Assembly (NCBI GenBank): GCA_963817525.1
Contig: CAWFOU010000008.1
Coordinates: 32,001 to 96,000 of the forward strand
Length of the DNA: 64,000 nucleotides
Reading direction: 5' to 3'
DNA from: an uncultured archaeon
GTDB taxonomy: Archaea > Thermoproteota > Nitrososphaeria > Nitrososphaerales > Gagatemarchaeaceae
Shown here piece by piece: positions 19,132 to 27,901 of this stretch. The notes under the pieces were generated by a model that saw nothing but the letters and a program-made list of their open reading frames with translations, was not told where the DNA came from and did no database searches. A program made the translations under genes and the position numbers. Within the stretch, counting starts at the first letter, position 1, and each line of letters starts with the position of its first letter.

Positions 19132-20091
19132 CTACCGCTTCATCGCGATGGCCTGTCGGGCGGCTTCCTCGATGTGGGCGGCTGTAAGGCCGTACTTGTT
19201 GAGGAGCTCCTGGGCCTCGCCGCTCTCGCCGAAGGTGTCGTTGACGCCCACCCTCTTGAGAGGTATCGGATACTGGTCGGTTAGGACCTCTGCGACAGCG
19301 GAGCCCATCCCTCCCATGACGTTGTGCTCCTCCGCGCTGACCGCCGCGCCGCACTTTCTCGCGTATTTTAGTATCGTCTCTTGGTCGATCGGCTTTACCG
19401 TGTGGATGTCGATCACGCTCGCCTGGATGCCCTTGGTCGCCAGCGACTCTGCCGCCCTCACCGCTTCCGGGAGCATTATGCCGCAGCCGAAGAGCGCGAC
19501 GTCGCTCCCCTCCCTGACGACGTTGGCCTGGCCTAGCTTGTACTCGAAGCCGCCCTCGTAGACGATGGGGGTGTTGGAGCCCTTGATCACTCCCCTGGTT
19601 ATCCTGACGTAGAACGGGCCGGGGATGTCCGCGATGGCCTTGATTATCGCTTTGACCGCGACGGCGTCCCCAGGGACGACGACGCGCATGTGGGGCACCA
19701 CCCTCATGAGGGCGATGTCCTCGACCTGCTCGTGCGAGCCTCCGTCAGGCCCGACGGTGATCCCTGCGTGAGAGCAAACCAGCTTGACGTCGAGGTCGGC
19801 ATAGCAAAGCATGTTTCGTATCTGGTCGACGCACTTGCCGGGAATGAAGATCGCGTAGGTCCCCGCGAAGGCGACCTTCCCCCCGAACGCGAGGCCCGCG
19901 GCCACACCGACGAGGTTCTGCTCGGCGATCCCGAGGTTGAAGAACCGGTCTGGGTACTTGGCCCCGAACATCCCCGACTTCATGGACTCTGTGGTGTCCG
20001 CTCCGAGCACGACGATGCGAGGGTTGCTCGCTCCTAGCTCTACCAGCGCTTCGCCGTAGGCGTTGCGCATCGCTCCCATCTTCTCTAGCAT
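19132..20091 (-). CDS. Transketolase C-terminal subunit
   Basis: FFNLGIAEQN, HAGITVGPDGGSHEQ, TVKPID, EEHNVMGG. Confidence 0.93.
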   Translation of the reverse strand: MLEKMGAMRNAYGEALVELGASNPRIVVLGADTTESMKSGMFGAKYPDRFFNLGIAEQNLVGVAAGLAFGGKVAFAGTYAIFIPGKCVDQIRNMLCYADLDVKLVCSHAGITVGPDGGSHEQVEDIALMRVVPHMRVVVPGDAVAVKAIIKAIADIPGPFYVRITRGVIKGSNTPIVYEGGFEYKLGQANVVREGSDVALFGCGIMLPEAVRAAESLATKGIQASVIDIHTVKPIDQETILKYARKCGAAVSAEEHNVMGGMGSAVAEVLTDQYPIPLKRVGVNDTFGESGEAQELLNKYGLTAAHIEEAARQAIAMKR

Positions 20092-20092
20092 C

Positions 20093-20815
20093 TTAAATCG
20101 CCCTCCCTCCGGCTTCCTGTCTGGCCTTTTCCCTGAGTAACCCGACCGCCTTTATCGGGTCGGGCTTGTAGTAGACTCCTGCTCCCGCGACCAGCACGTT
20201 ACCGCCGCGCTTCACCACGTGCCCCAGGGTCTCCAGCTCGACCCCGCCGTCTATCTCGATGTCGATGGGGAGGCCCTTGTCGTTGAGCATCTGGGTTATC
20301 TTCTCGAGCTTGGGCAGGACCTCCATTATCATGGTCTGCCCGCTGAAGCCCGGGTTGACGGTCATCACGCACAGCGTGTCGAGCTTGTCCAGCCTCTGCT
20401 CGACCCAAGCTGGCATGTCGGTGGCGGGTTTGAGGGCGAGCCCCATCACCTTGCCCTTCGCGTGGACCTTGGAGTAGATCGCGTCGAAGCGCTCGCCCGT
20501 GAGCGCCTCCGCGTGGAAGCAGAAAAGGTCCGAGCCGGCGTCCAGGAACTTGTCGACGAACTTCTCCGGCTCGTCGATCATCAGGTGGGTGTCGAACTTC
20601 ATGTCGGTCTTCTTCCTCAGGGCCTTTACCGTGCCAGGCCCGAAGGTGATGTTGGGCGCGAAGTGGCCGTCAATCACGTCGAGGTGCACCTGGTCAGCCC
20701 CGCCCTTGACCGCGACCTCGAGCGCGGCAGCGAAGTTGGACTGGTCCCCGCCCAGGATGGAGGGGGCAATCTTGATCTTCCGCTTTATCGTCTCGAGTGG
20801 CATCGTCTTTTCCAC
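20093..20815 (-). CDS. rpe: Ribulose-5-phosphate 3-epimerase
   Basis: IAPSIL, HLDVIDGHFAPNITFG, DTHLM, MTVNPGFSGQ, IEIDGG. Confidence 0.95.
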   Translation of the reverse strand: MEKTMPLETIKRKIKIAPSILGGDQSNFAAALEVAVKGGADQVHLDVIDGHFAPNITFGPGTVKALRKKTDMKFDTHLMIDEPEKFVDKFLDAGSDLFCFHAEALTGERFDAIYSKVHAKGKVMGLALKPATDMPAWVEQRLDKLDTLCVMTVNPGFSGQTMIMEVLPKLEKITQMLNDKGLPIDIEIDGGVELETLGHVVKRGGNVLVAGAGVYYKPDPIKAVGLLREKARQEAGGRAI

Positions 20816-21640
20816 CTACTTCAGCTCCTTGTAGATGTCTTCCATCTTTTCCTTGGTGGGCGCCGTGCCGTGGTAGGTGGGCGACCACTCCATGAAAGAG
20901 ATGCCCTTGCCCTTTACGGTGTGGGCGATGATCATCGTGGGCCTGTTCTTCACCATCTCCGCCGTGTCGAAGGCCTCTATCAGCTGCAGATAGTCGTAGC
21001 CGTCGACCTCTATGACGTTCCAGTTGAAGGCGCGCCACTTGGCCGCAAGCGGCTCGAGAGGCATGATCTGCTCGGTGAGGCCGTCCTGCTGGATGCCGTT
21101 CCTGTCGATCATGCCCACGAGGTTGTCGAGCTTGAACTTCGAGGCCGACATCGCAGCCTCCCAGACCTCGCCCTCGCCCTGCTCCCCGTCTCCCATCAGG
21201 ACGTAGGTCCTGGTGGGCCTCCCGTCGAGCCTCGCCGCGAGGGACTGTCCCACTCCCACGGAGAGCCCGATCCCCTCGGAGCCCGCGGGCATCTCAACCC
21301 CGGGGATGTCCATGTCTGGGTGCCCTTGGAGGAGCGCCCCGAGCTTCCTCAGGGACTTTAGTTCGGACATGGGGAAGTATCCGGCCTGCCCGAGGATAGA
21401 GTAGAGCAGCGGGGCCCCGTGTCCCTTGCTGAGGATGAACCTGTCCCTGTCAGGCCACTTTGGGTTCTTGGGGTCGTGCCTGAGCTTGTAGAAGTACAGG
21501 GTGACCAGAAGCTCCACCGCGGAGAGGGAGCCTCCCGGGTGCCCTGATCCTGCCTCCGCGAGGGTCTCCAATATCACCTTGCGGGTGTTGCGCGAGATGT
21601 CCTGAAGCCTAGTGATTTCCTGCGAAGTAGCCATTCCCAT
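20816..21640 (-). CDS. Transketolase N-terminal (TPP-binding) subunit
   Basis: GSGHPGGSLS, DRFILSKGH, LQGHP, MGDGEQGEG..WEA, HTVKGKG. Confidence 0.94.
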   Translation of the reverse strand: MGMATSQEITRLQDISRNTRKVILETLAEAGSGHPGGSLSAVELLVTLYFYKLRHDPKNPKWPDRDRFILSKGHGAPLLYSILGQAGYFPMSELKSLRKLGALLQGHPDMDIPGVEMPAGSEGIGLSVGVGQSLAARLDGRPTRTYVLMGDGEQGEGEVWEAAMSASKFKLDNLVGMIDRNGIQQDGLTEQIMPLEPLAAKWRAFNWNVIEVDGYDYLQLIEAFDTAEMVKNRPTMIIAHTVKGKGISFMEWSPTYHGTAPTKEKMEDIYKELK

Positions 21641-21642
21641 CT

Positions 21643-22689
21643 CTATCGCCTCACCGGCATCTGGGAGACGCGGCTGAGGAAGTCACCCATCGACTCTAGC
21701 CGTTTTTCCAAGTCCTCTATCGTCAGCGTCGACGTCCTGGGCTTCTCGCTCCGGACCGTCCCCGCGATGTTGCTGAGGCAGGCGGCCTCCGTCGCCGTGC
21801 CCCCTGCGGCCACCGCGAGGGAGAAGACCCCGGTCATAACGTCCCTCACGCCGACCTTGTTGAAGAAGCTCTTCCTGCCGAATGGGAGCGGAAGCGTGGT
21901 TATCTGGTCGCGGTCGAAGACGGTCATCCCCTCCTCTCCGCGCGTGATCACGATCCCCTTGCAATCGAGCCTCCCCAAGAGGTTCACGCCCATGTTCCTG
22001 AGGCTGGTCTCGTTCACCATCGCCATCTGGGTGGCGTGGGTGGCCTCGCTGAGGTTCGACTTTAGGTAAGTCACGCCGCTGTAGTCCATGTAGTGCCTGT
22101 CCTTCGGCTGGGCGACCACGATCTTGCCCGCCTTCCTGGCGGCCGCGACCACGGAGCTGATTAGCGAGGAGGTGACGACTCCCCTGTCGTAGTCCGAAAA
22201 GACCACCGTGTCCACGTTGGGGATCTTTCCCTCGGCCGCCGTGGCCAGGGACTTCGTTATCGGGAGCGCGACCTCCTTCCTGACCTCCTGGTCGATGCGC
22301 AGATAGTGCAGCCTGTTGACCATGATCCACGTACGGAGAGAGCTGGGCCTGGTCTTGTCGACCACGATCCCCTCCACGCTGACCCCGTTCCTTGCGAGGT
22401 CATCCTTCAGCCAGACGCCATAGTTGTCGTCGCCGACCATCCCTATGACGGAGACCTGCCCGCCGAGCGACGCGACCTCGTTGGCCAGGTTGGCAGCCCC
22501 GCCGGGGAGAAGCGTCTCGCCGACATAGTCTGCCGCAGGCACAGGGGCTTCTCGCGCGAGCTTCCTCGCCGAGACCTCCACGAACCTGCTCACGAGGAAG
22601 TCGCCGAGGACTAGCATGCGGCTGCCTTGGAATTTCTTGAGGAGTCCGTTCAATCCTTCATAGGAAAGACCCGGCAAGTCCTGAACCAC
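21643..22689 (-). CDS. PfkB-family sugar kinase related to the HldE/RfaE heptose-7-phosphate kinase domain (divergent)
   Basis: VLGD..REAPVP, GGAANLA, SDYDRG, SNLSEA, ITRGEEGM; the anion-hole motif reads KVGVRD instead of VTGAGD. Confidence 0.8.
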   Translation of the reverse strand: MVQDLPGLSYEGLNGLLKKFQGSRMLVLGDFLVSRFVEVSARKLAREAPVPAADYVGETLLPGGAANLANEVASLGGQVSVIGMVGDDNYGVWLKDDLARNGVSVEGIVVDKTRPSSLRTWIMVNRLHYLRIDQEVRKEVALPITKSLATAAEGKIPNVDTVVFSDYDRGVVTSSLISSVVAAARKAGKIVVAQPKDRHYMDYSGVTYLKSNLSEATHATQMAMVNETSLRNMGVNLLGRLDCKGIVITRGEEGMTVFDRDQITTLPLPFGRKSFFNKVGVRDVMTGVFSLAVAAGGTATEAACLSNIAGTVRSEKPRTSTLTIEDLEKRLESMGDFLSRVSQMPVRR

Positions 22690-22834
22690 GGGGCGCCAAA
22701 TTGCAGGCCTGTTTTAAGCTTAACGAAGCGGAGCCCTGCCAGCCGCGTCCCTCCGCGGGACTCTGTCTTTTTTTGGCCCGCTGAATTGGTTCGACTGCTG
22801 TCGTTTGTCGGACGTTTCAAATCGCTTCACGACG

Positions 22835-22850
22835 ATGAAAACATAAATAA
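22835..22850 (+). promoter_or_regulatory. Putative BRE/TATA element for rbcL
   Basis: Purine-rich ATGAAAA followed by ATAAATAA about 30 nt upstream of ATG 22879, in the divergent kinase/rbcL intergenic region. Confidence 0.35.
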
Positions 22851-22878
22851 CCTATGACGCGACGAAAAAAGGGTTTAC

Positions 22879-24306
22879 ATGACAACAGAAGCCATGGTTG
22901 AAAGGAGATGGAGCGCCCCGAGCGTAGAGCACGACAGAGGGGACATATTCTCCACCACTCCCGACAAGGTAGACGTCGACAAGAACGTTCTGGCGACATT
23001 TTTCATCACGTGCGACCCTAGGGTCACCATCGACCAGGCCGGAGTCATCATCGCGGCGGAGCAGTCCGTAGGCACGTTCACGGACGTCTCTACGGCGACG
23101 GACCTCTCCACGAAGACAGCGGCCAAGATGTACTCTTACAAGTACGAAGACCCGTCAGGCGCGATGAAGCACTCGGGCTGGGTCAAGGTCGCGTTCCCGA
23201 CCTTCCTCCTCGACCTGGACAACAGGGGGATCCCCGACCTGTTCACCTTCGTGACAGGAAACTGGATGGGTTTCACCCCGATTCCAAACTGCAAGTGGAT
23301 AGATTTCACCCTCCCCAAGGACGTCTTGAAGCTCTTCAAAGGGCCAAAGTTTGGCGTCGAGGGCCTGAGGGAGATCGTCGGCACAACGAAGAGCCGGCGC
23401 CCCCACGTGGGGATCACAATCAAGCCCAAGATGGGCGTGACCGACCAGGGAGCAGCCCAGCAGTTCTACGACGCAGCGATGGGCGGCGTCGACACCTTCA
23501 AGGACGATGAGACCTACTTCAACCAATGGTGCTCGCCGCTCCTCGACAGGGTCGCCAAGGTCTACGAGGCGCTCGACAAAGCCAAGTCGGAGGGCGCCCA
23601 CCCAGGGGGCGAGTACATGTACGCGCCTCAGGTCACGGTGGACTCTGAAAAGTCGCTCGAGGTCGCGGACAAGATGATCGCGCACGGTGCCAGGGGCCTG
23701 ATGCTCAACATCATGGCGGCCTGGTACCCCGCGCTAAGGGCCCTCGCGGAGGACCCGAGCATCAACGTCCCGATCCACCTCCACAGGGCGTCGCACGCCT
23801 CCCTCACCCGCCACCCGAGGCATGGGATCAGCTTCAAGGTCATCGCCGGGCTGGGCAGGGTCGCTGGCGGGGACATGATCCACGTAGGGACCGCCAGAGG
23901 CAAGCTGGGAGACGCGATAAAGTTCGTCGAGATCCCCGAGATCATGGACGAGATGCAGCGCCCGAACGGGCACCTAAAGCCCATGATGGGCGTCGCCTCG
24001 GGAGGGCTCACGCCGAACAACTACCATTACTCCATAGACTTGATGGGCTTGGACATCCAGCTCCAGAACGGGGGCGCGGTCCACGGGCACCCGTGGGGCA
24101 CCAAGGCGGGCGCTACCGCTGCTAGGCAGGCAGTCGATGCGTACATGAAGAAGATCCCCCTTGAGGAGTACGCCAAGACCCACGCAGAGCTAGAGGCCTC
24201 TCTCCAGTTCTTCGGGCAAAAGTACGCCGTCGCGTCCGCGATGACCGTCGTACCAGAGCTCGGCAAGAAGGAGAGCGACTATAAGCACATGTTCCGCTCG
24301 GAGTAG
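22879..24306 (+). CDS. rbcL: Ribulose-1,5-bisphosphate carboxylase large subunit, form III-like
   Basis: Catalytic residues retained: AAEQSVGT (E60), GN (N123), IKPK (K175/K177), GGVDTFKDDE (K201/D203/E204), HLHRA (H294/R295), IHVGT (H327), GKL (K334), ASGG (S379), GG..GHP. Confidence 0.92.
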   Translation: MTTEAMVERRWSAPSVEHDRGDIFSTTPDKVDVDKNVLATFFITCDPRVTIDQAGVIIAAEQSVGTFTDVSTATDLSTKTAAKMYSYKYEDPSGAMKHSGWVKVAFPTFLLDLDNRGIPDLFTFVTGNWMGFTPIPNCKWIDFTLPKDVLKLFKGPKFGVEGLREIVGTTKSRRPHVGITIKPKMGVTDQGAAQQFYDAAMGGVDTFKDDETYFNQWCSPLLDRVAKVYEALDKAKSEGAHPGGEYMYAPQVTVDSEKSLEVADKMIAHGARGLMLNIMAAWYPALRALAEDPSINVPIHLHRASHASLTRHPRHGISFKVIAGLGRVAGGDMIHVGTARGKLGDAIKFVEIPEIMDEMQRPNGHLKPMMGVASGGLTPNNYHYSIDLMGLDIQLQNGGAVHGHPWGTKAGATAARQAVDAYMKKIPLEEYAKTHAELEASLQFFGQKYAVASAMTVVPELGKKESDYKHMFRSE

Positions 24307-24322
24307 AAAAGGGGCGATAAGA

Positions 24323-24493
24323 ATGAAGAACCACACAAAGGGCGACATCTTCTGCGAGTGCGGCGCGTGCCCCCACGACAACGCGCTCCAGTGCGCGGAC
24401 TATGGGTGCACCTGCTGCATCGCGGGGATGTCGGGCAAGCCGTACGAGCTCCACTACCTCAAGAGCGTCGGCCCGCCCGCCACCAACTTCTGA
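24323..24493 (+). CDS. 56-aa Cys-rich microprotein
   Basis: Manual translation MKNHTKGDIFCECGACPHDNALQCADYGCTCCIAGMSGKPYELHYLKSVGPPATNF; 7 Cys, strong G/C third-position bias, 16 nt after the rbcL stop; below the ORF-track cutoff. Confidence 0.7.
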   Translation: MKNHTKGDIFCECGACPHDNALQCADYGCTCCIAGMSGKPYELHYLKSVGPPATNF

Positions 24494-24679
24494 GACGTAC
24501 CGAATCGGGCCCAGTCTGGGCTCTCCTTCTCCATTTTTTAGAATCCCAATCAGATGCCGTGCTGGACCTTCGTAGAAAGTCGCCTGCTTTGCAAAGCCAC
24601 CGAAGGCGGTCGCACACGGGACAGAGCCCCGGCTACGGGCTGAGAAACAGGTGCGCCTGCTTCGGCTGCGAGGGGGGCG

Positions 24680-25573
24680 CTACTTCTTCTTGATCGCTTC
24701 CGCGATGACCGGCGCCACGCTCACGAAGCTTATCGGCCCCGCGAAGGTGTCGGTCCCTACCACGCCCTCTATGTTGTTGCTGTACATCAGTGGGAGGGCG
24801 TTGAGGCTGAGCACTGGGTGGGTGCACCCCACGTAGATCTTGCGAGCCCCCGCCTTCTTGACGAGGTTCGCTGCCTCCACGATGGTGTTGCCCGTGCTGA
24901 TGATGTCGTCGATGATTATGGCGTCCCTGCCCTTGACGTTGACGCCTTCGCCGCCCCTGACCTTGACTTTGACCTCGGTCGAGGAGAACCTCGTCTTCTG
25001 GAGGATCGCGTAGTCGGTCTTAATCTTCGCGGCGGCCACCTTCGCCCACTGCTCGGACTCGTCGTCGGGGCCGATGATTATCGCGTTCTTCGGCGTGAAT
25101 ATCCTGTTGATGTATTCGGCGATGTATGGGACCGCGGTGAGGTTGGTCGCGGGGATCTTGAACACTTCCTTGAGGGACGGGACCCTCTGGAGGTGGACGT
25201 CGATTGTGAATATCCTGCTAGGGCCTGCCTGCTCGAGGAGCTTGGCCACGAGGTGGAAGCTCAGCGGCTCTCCTGGGTGGAACCTGGCGTCTTGCCTTGC
25301 GTAGGCAAAGTACGGGATGACGACGCTTATCGACTTGGGGCTCGCGCTCTTGAACGCGTCCATGGTGAGCAGGTACTCCATGATGAGCTCGTCCGGCCTA
25401 CCCCCTAGCGGGTGGATGTAGACGATGTCCTGACCCTTTATGTCTTCTTCGATCTTGAGGTACTGCTCGCCGTCCGGGAACCTTTGTCTCTTGACCTTGC
25501 CAAGCTTCGCTCCGGTTAGGAGCGACGTCCTGACTGCTAGGGTCTCGCCTGCCGAACCTCCAAAGATTATCAT
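24680..25573 (-). CDS. prs: Ribose-phosphate pyrophosphokinase (PRPP synthetase)
   Basis: FPDGE, IPYFAYARQD, IGPDD, IIIDDIISTGNT. Confidence 0.95.
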   Translation of the reverse strand: MIIFGGSAGETLAVRTSLLTGAKLGKVKRQRFPDGEQYLKIEEDIKGQDIVYIHPLGGRPDELIMEYLLTMDAFKSASPKSISVVIPYFAYARQDARFHPGEPLSFHLVAKLLEQAGPSRIFTIDVHLQRVPSLKEVFKIPATNLTAVPYIAEYINRIFTPKNAIIIGPDDESEQWAKVAAAKIKTDYAILQKTRFSSTEVKVKVRGGEGVNVKGRDAIIIDDIISTGNTIVEAANLVKKAGARKIYVGCTHPVLSLNALPLMYSNNIEGVVGTDTFAGPISFVSVAPVIAEAIKKK

Positions 25574-25589
25574 TTTTACTCGTTCTCGC

Positions 25590-26639
25590 TTAACGGGCGC
25601 CGGATTTCGCCTGGGCGCCTTCGGTGTACTGGTAGAGCTCCTTCATCAGCGAGAAGACCGCTCCGGGCGGCACGATGCCCTTCTCGGTGACGTAGAAGTC
25701 GATGTATTCCGGTGGGGTGACGTCGAAGACAGGGTTGCTGAACTTCACCTTGGGGTTGTTCGCGCTCCATTCCTTCGAGGCGATCTCCGTGTAATCCCTC
25801 TCCTCGATGTCTACCAATTCGCCGTTCAAGGTCTTGAAATCGAGCTTATAAGTTTCAGCGGCCACGATGAAGTTTACCCGCGCCTCGTGTGCCATCGTCG
25901 CGACCTGCGAGGTCCCGATCTTGTTCACCAAGGCCCCGTTCACCGCTATCGCGTCGCAGCCTACCACGGCCTTGTCGGCGTGTGCCATGTTCACCCTGCA
26001 GGCAGAGTCGCAGATGAGGGTGGTGTCGATCCCATAGGCCGCGAGGGCCGCCGCGGTCTTGTGGCCCTGGAACTTGGGCCTCGTCTCGTCGCAGAACACC
26101 TTGATGCCCTTGCCCATGTCGTAGGCCTTCTTCAGGATGCTCATGGCGGCTTCGCTGTTGCAGTGGGTGATGATGATGTCGCCGTTCTTGACCCGCCTTG
26201 CTCCTATCTCTCCGATGAGCTTTACGGCCTCCACGCTGGAGATGAGGAAGTCGTTCGCGGTGTTCACGGTCGCGTTCCTGATCTCCTCGACCGTGGCTCC
26301 CGACTCGAAGGAGGTCCTGCCTCCATAGAGCACGTAGTTCACGCCGTTGGGGAGGGAGACGGCGGTGGGCCTAGCAGACCTGAGCTTCTCACCGGCCTTT
26401 AGGACGAGGGCCCAGTATTCCCTGGAGTTCTTGGCCTTGGCCTCCTTCGCGTAGTCCCTGAGTGCCTGTGCGGCGTACCTCGCGATGCGGCCCGCACCGT
26501 GGACTCGCATGGACTTTAGGTTGTCATAGGCTTCGTCTACGGTGACTTTCTGGAATTCTTCCTTGCCTTCCTTTAGTGTCTCCACGTGAACCGTTTCGCC
26601 TTCATGGGAGCTTATATATGTATTACCCGCGAAATTCAT
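25590..26639 (-). CDS. Ribose-1,5-bisphosphate isomerase (eIF-2B family)
   Basis: GAGRIA, RPTAVSLPN, THCNS (catalytic Cys), ETRPKFQG, GCDAI (catalytic Asp), NKIGT, NPVFDVTP; closer to R15Pi than to MtnA (lacks HCN.G.LAT). Confidence 0.85.
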   Translation of the reverse strand: MNFAGNTYISSHEGETVHVETLKEGKEEFQKVTVDEAYDNLKSMRVHGAGRIARYAAQALRDYAKEAKAKNSREYWALVLKAGEKLRSARPTAVSLPNGVNYVLYGGRTSFESGATVEEIRNATVNTANDFLISSVEAVKLIGEIGARRVKNGDIIITHCNSEAAMSILKKAYDMGKGIKVFCDETRPKFQGHKTAAALAAYGIDTTLICDSACRVNMAHADKAVVGCDAIAVNGALVNKIGTSQVATMAHEARVNFIVAAETYKLDFKTLNGELVDIEERDYTEIASKEWSANNPKVKFSNPVFDVTPPEYIDFYVTEKGIVPPGAVFSLMKELYQYTEGAQAKSGAR

Positions 26640-26688
26640 GTCTTACTCGTCGGCGAGAAAATTCGTCTGTTGTCGTCGGCCAGACGAC

Positions 26689-27087
26689 TCAGCCGAGCGA
26701 TGAGACCTTCATTTCGACCTGGTCCCGGATCTTCCGGACCTGCTCGATCGTCTTCCCCTTCGGGTCCTCTATCTCCCAGTCGACGAGCTTCTTCTGCATC
26801 TTGGCGAGCATCGGCTTGGGGCAGACCTCCTCCACCGAGCAGCCCATGGTGAAGACGTGGGTCGCATGGTTGATCATCTCGGTGGTAAGGAGCTTGGGCT
26901 TGGCCGAGGACACGTCGATCCCCTTCTCCAGCATCGCCTTGACCACGGTGGGGTTGACGGCTTCGGTGGGCATCGTCCCCGCGCTGGTCGCAATCAGGCC
27001 CCGCTTCTTCGCGAAGGCCTCTGCCATCTGGCTCCTGCCCGCGTTGTGGACGCACACGAAGAGGTAAGAGCCCTCAGACCTTGGCAT
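26689..27087 (-). CDS. arsC: Arsenate reductase, LMW-PTP (thioredoxin-coupled) type
   Basis: FVCVHNAGRSQMAE P-loop, MGCSVEEVCP resolving cysteines, WEIEDP. Confidence 0.88.
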   Translation of the reverse strand: MPRSEGSYLFVCVHNAGRSQMAEAFAKKRGLIATSAGTMPTEAVNPTVVKAMLEKGIDVSSAKPKLLTTEMINHATHVFTMGCSVEEVCPKPMLAKMQKKLVDWEIEDPKGKTIEQVRKIRDQVEMKVSSLG

Positions 27088-27859
27088 GCTTTCTCCTCCA
27101 GACACCGAATAATAAACCAGCAAGCCCTGCGCCGACCAGTGGACCTATCAGATAGATCAGCAGGTTCCCGAGATATCCCGAGGACAACGCAGGACCTAGG
27201 CTTCTGGCGGGATTGAAAGAGGCCCCCGTGAGCGGACCGATCGCAAGGATCAGGACGAACAGCGTCGCGCCCACCAGGAGAGCCTGGGCCGCGGCCCTCT
27301 TGAGGAAGTGCGAGGCGGTGAGAGCGGCGGCCGCGAGGACGAAGGTGCCCGCCACTTCGAGGGAGACGCCTTCGGCCTGGGAGATCCCGAACCCGAGCTT
27401 CGTCGACCCCAGGGACGCGTTGGATGCCATGCCGCTGAAGATCGCCTTGAGGGTAAGGCCTGCCGAGAGCGCGCCGAGAAGCTGGAAGAAGACGTAGGGG
27501 AAGACAAGCTCCTTCTTGAGCTTCCCCGAGAGTGCGCTCGCGAATGTTATCGCCGGATTGATGTGCGCGCCGGAGTGCTTCCCTATGAGGAGGATCATCG
27601 CGCCAACGGTAAGACCGAAGACCAGGGCGACCGTCGCCAGTTGCTCGAACGACGAGAGGTGAGGAACCAAGGGAACGAGCACGACCGAACCGGCGCCGAA
27701 GAATACGAGGAGATAGGTTCCCAGCATCTCGGACAGGCAGCGTCGGCGAAAGTCCGACACCGCCAGCGGGGCTCCCTTCCCTAGCGAAGGGTTCAGGCTC
27801 GGCCCTGCCCCTGAACGGTCGGCGGGGGGCGGATGCAGCAACGACACGTGCGACAACAA
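27074..27859 (-). CDS. MIP family channel (aquaporin/aquaglyceroporin)
   Basis: SGAHINPA and ASFNPARSLGP; true start probably internal. Confidence 0.9.
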   Translation of the reverse strand: MLSHVSLLHPPPADRSGAGPSLNPSLGKGAPLAVSDFRRRCLSEMLGTYLLVFFGAGSVVLVPLVPHLSSFEQLATVALVFGLTVGAMILLIGKHSGAHINPAITFASALSGKLKKELVFPYVFFQLLGALSAGLTLKAIFSGMASNASLGSTKLGFGISQAEGVSLEVAGTFVLAAAALTASHFLKRAAAQALLVGATLFVLILAIGPLTGASFNPARSLGPALSSGYLGNLLIYLIGPLVGAGLAGLLFGVWRRKHAKV

Positions 27860-27901
27860 GACTCCGTCACTATACCCTCATGGATCGGCGGCTCTGGGTA
27901 G

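Noticed and set aside
21643-22689. ADP-heptose (LPS) biosynthesis kinase
   Set aside because: No gmhA, gmhB, hldD or adenylyltransferase domain nearby, motifs are altered, and it is embedded in a pentose-phosphate operon.
22879-26639. RuBisCO-like protein (form IV) plus MtnA methionine-salvage interpretation
   Set aside because: RbcL keeps the carboxylase residues (including KPK, HRA and K334), and the isomerase has R15Pi-type rather than MtnA-type motifs.
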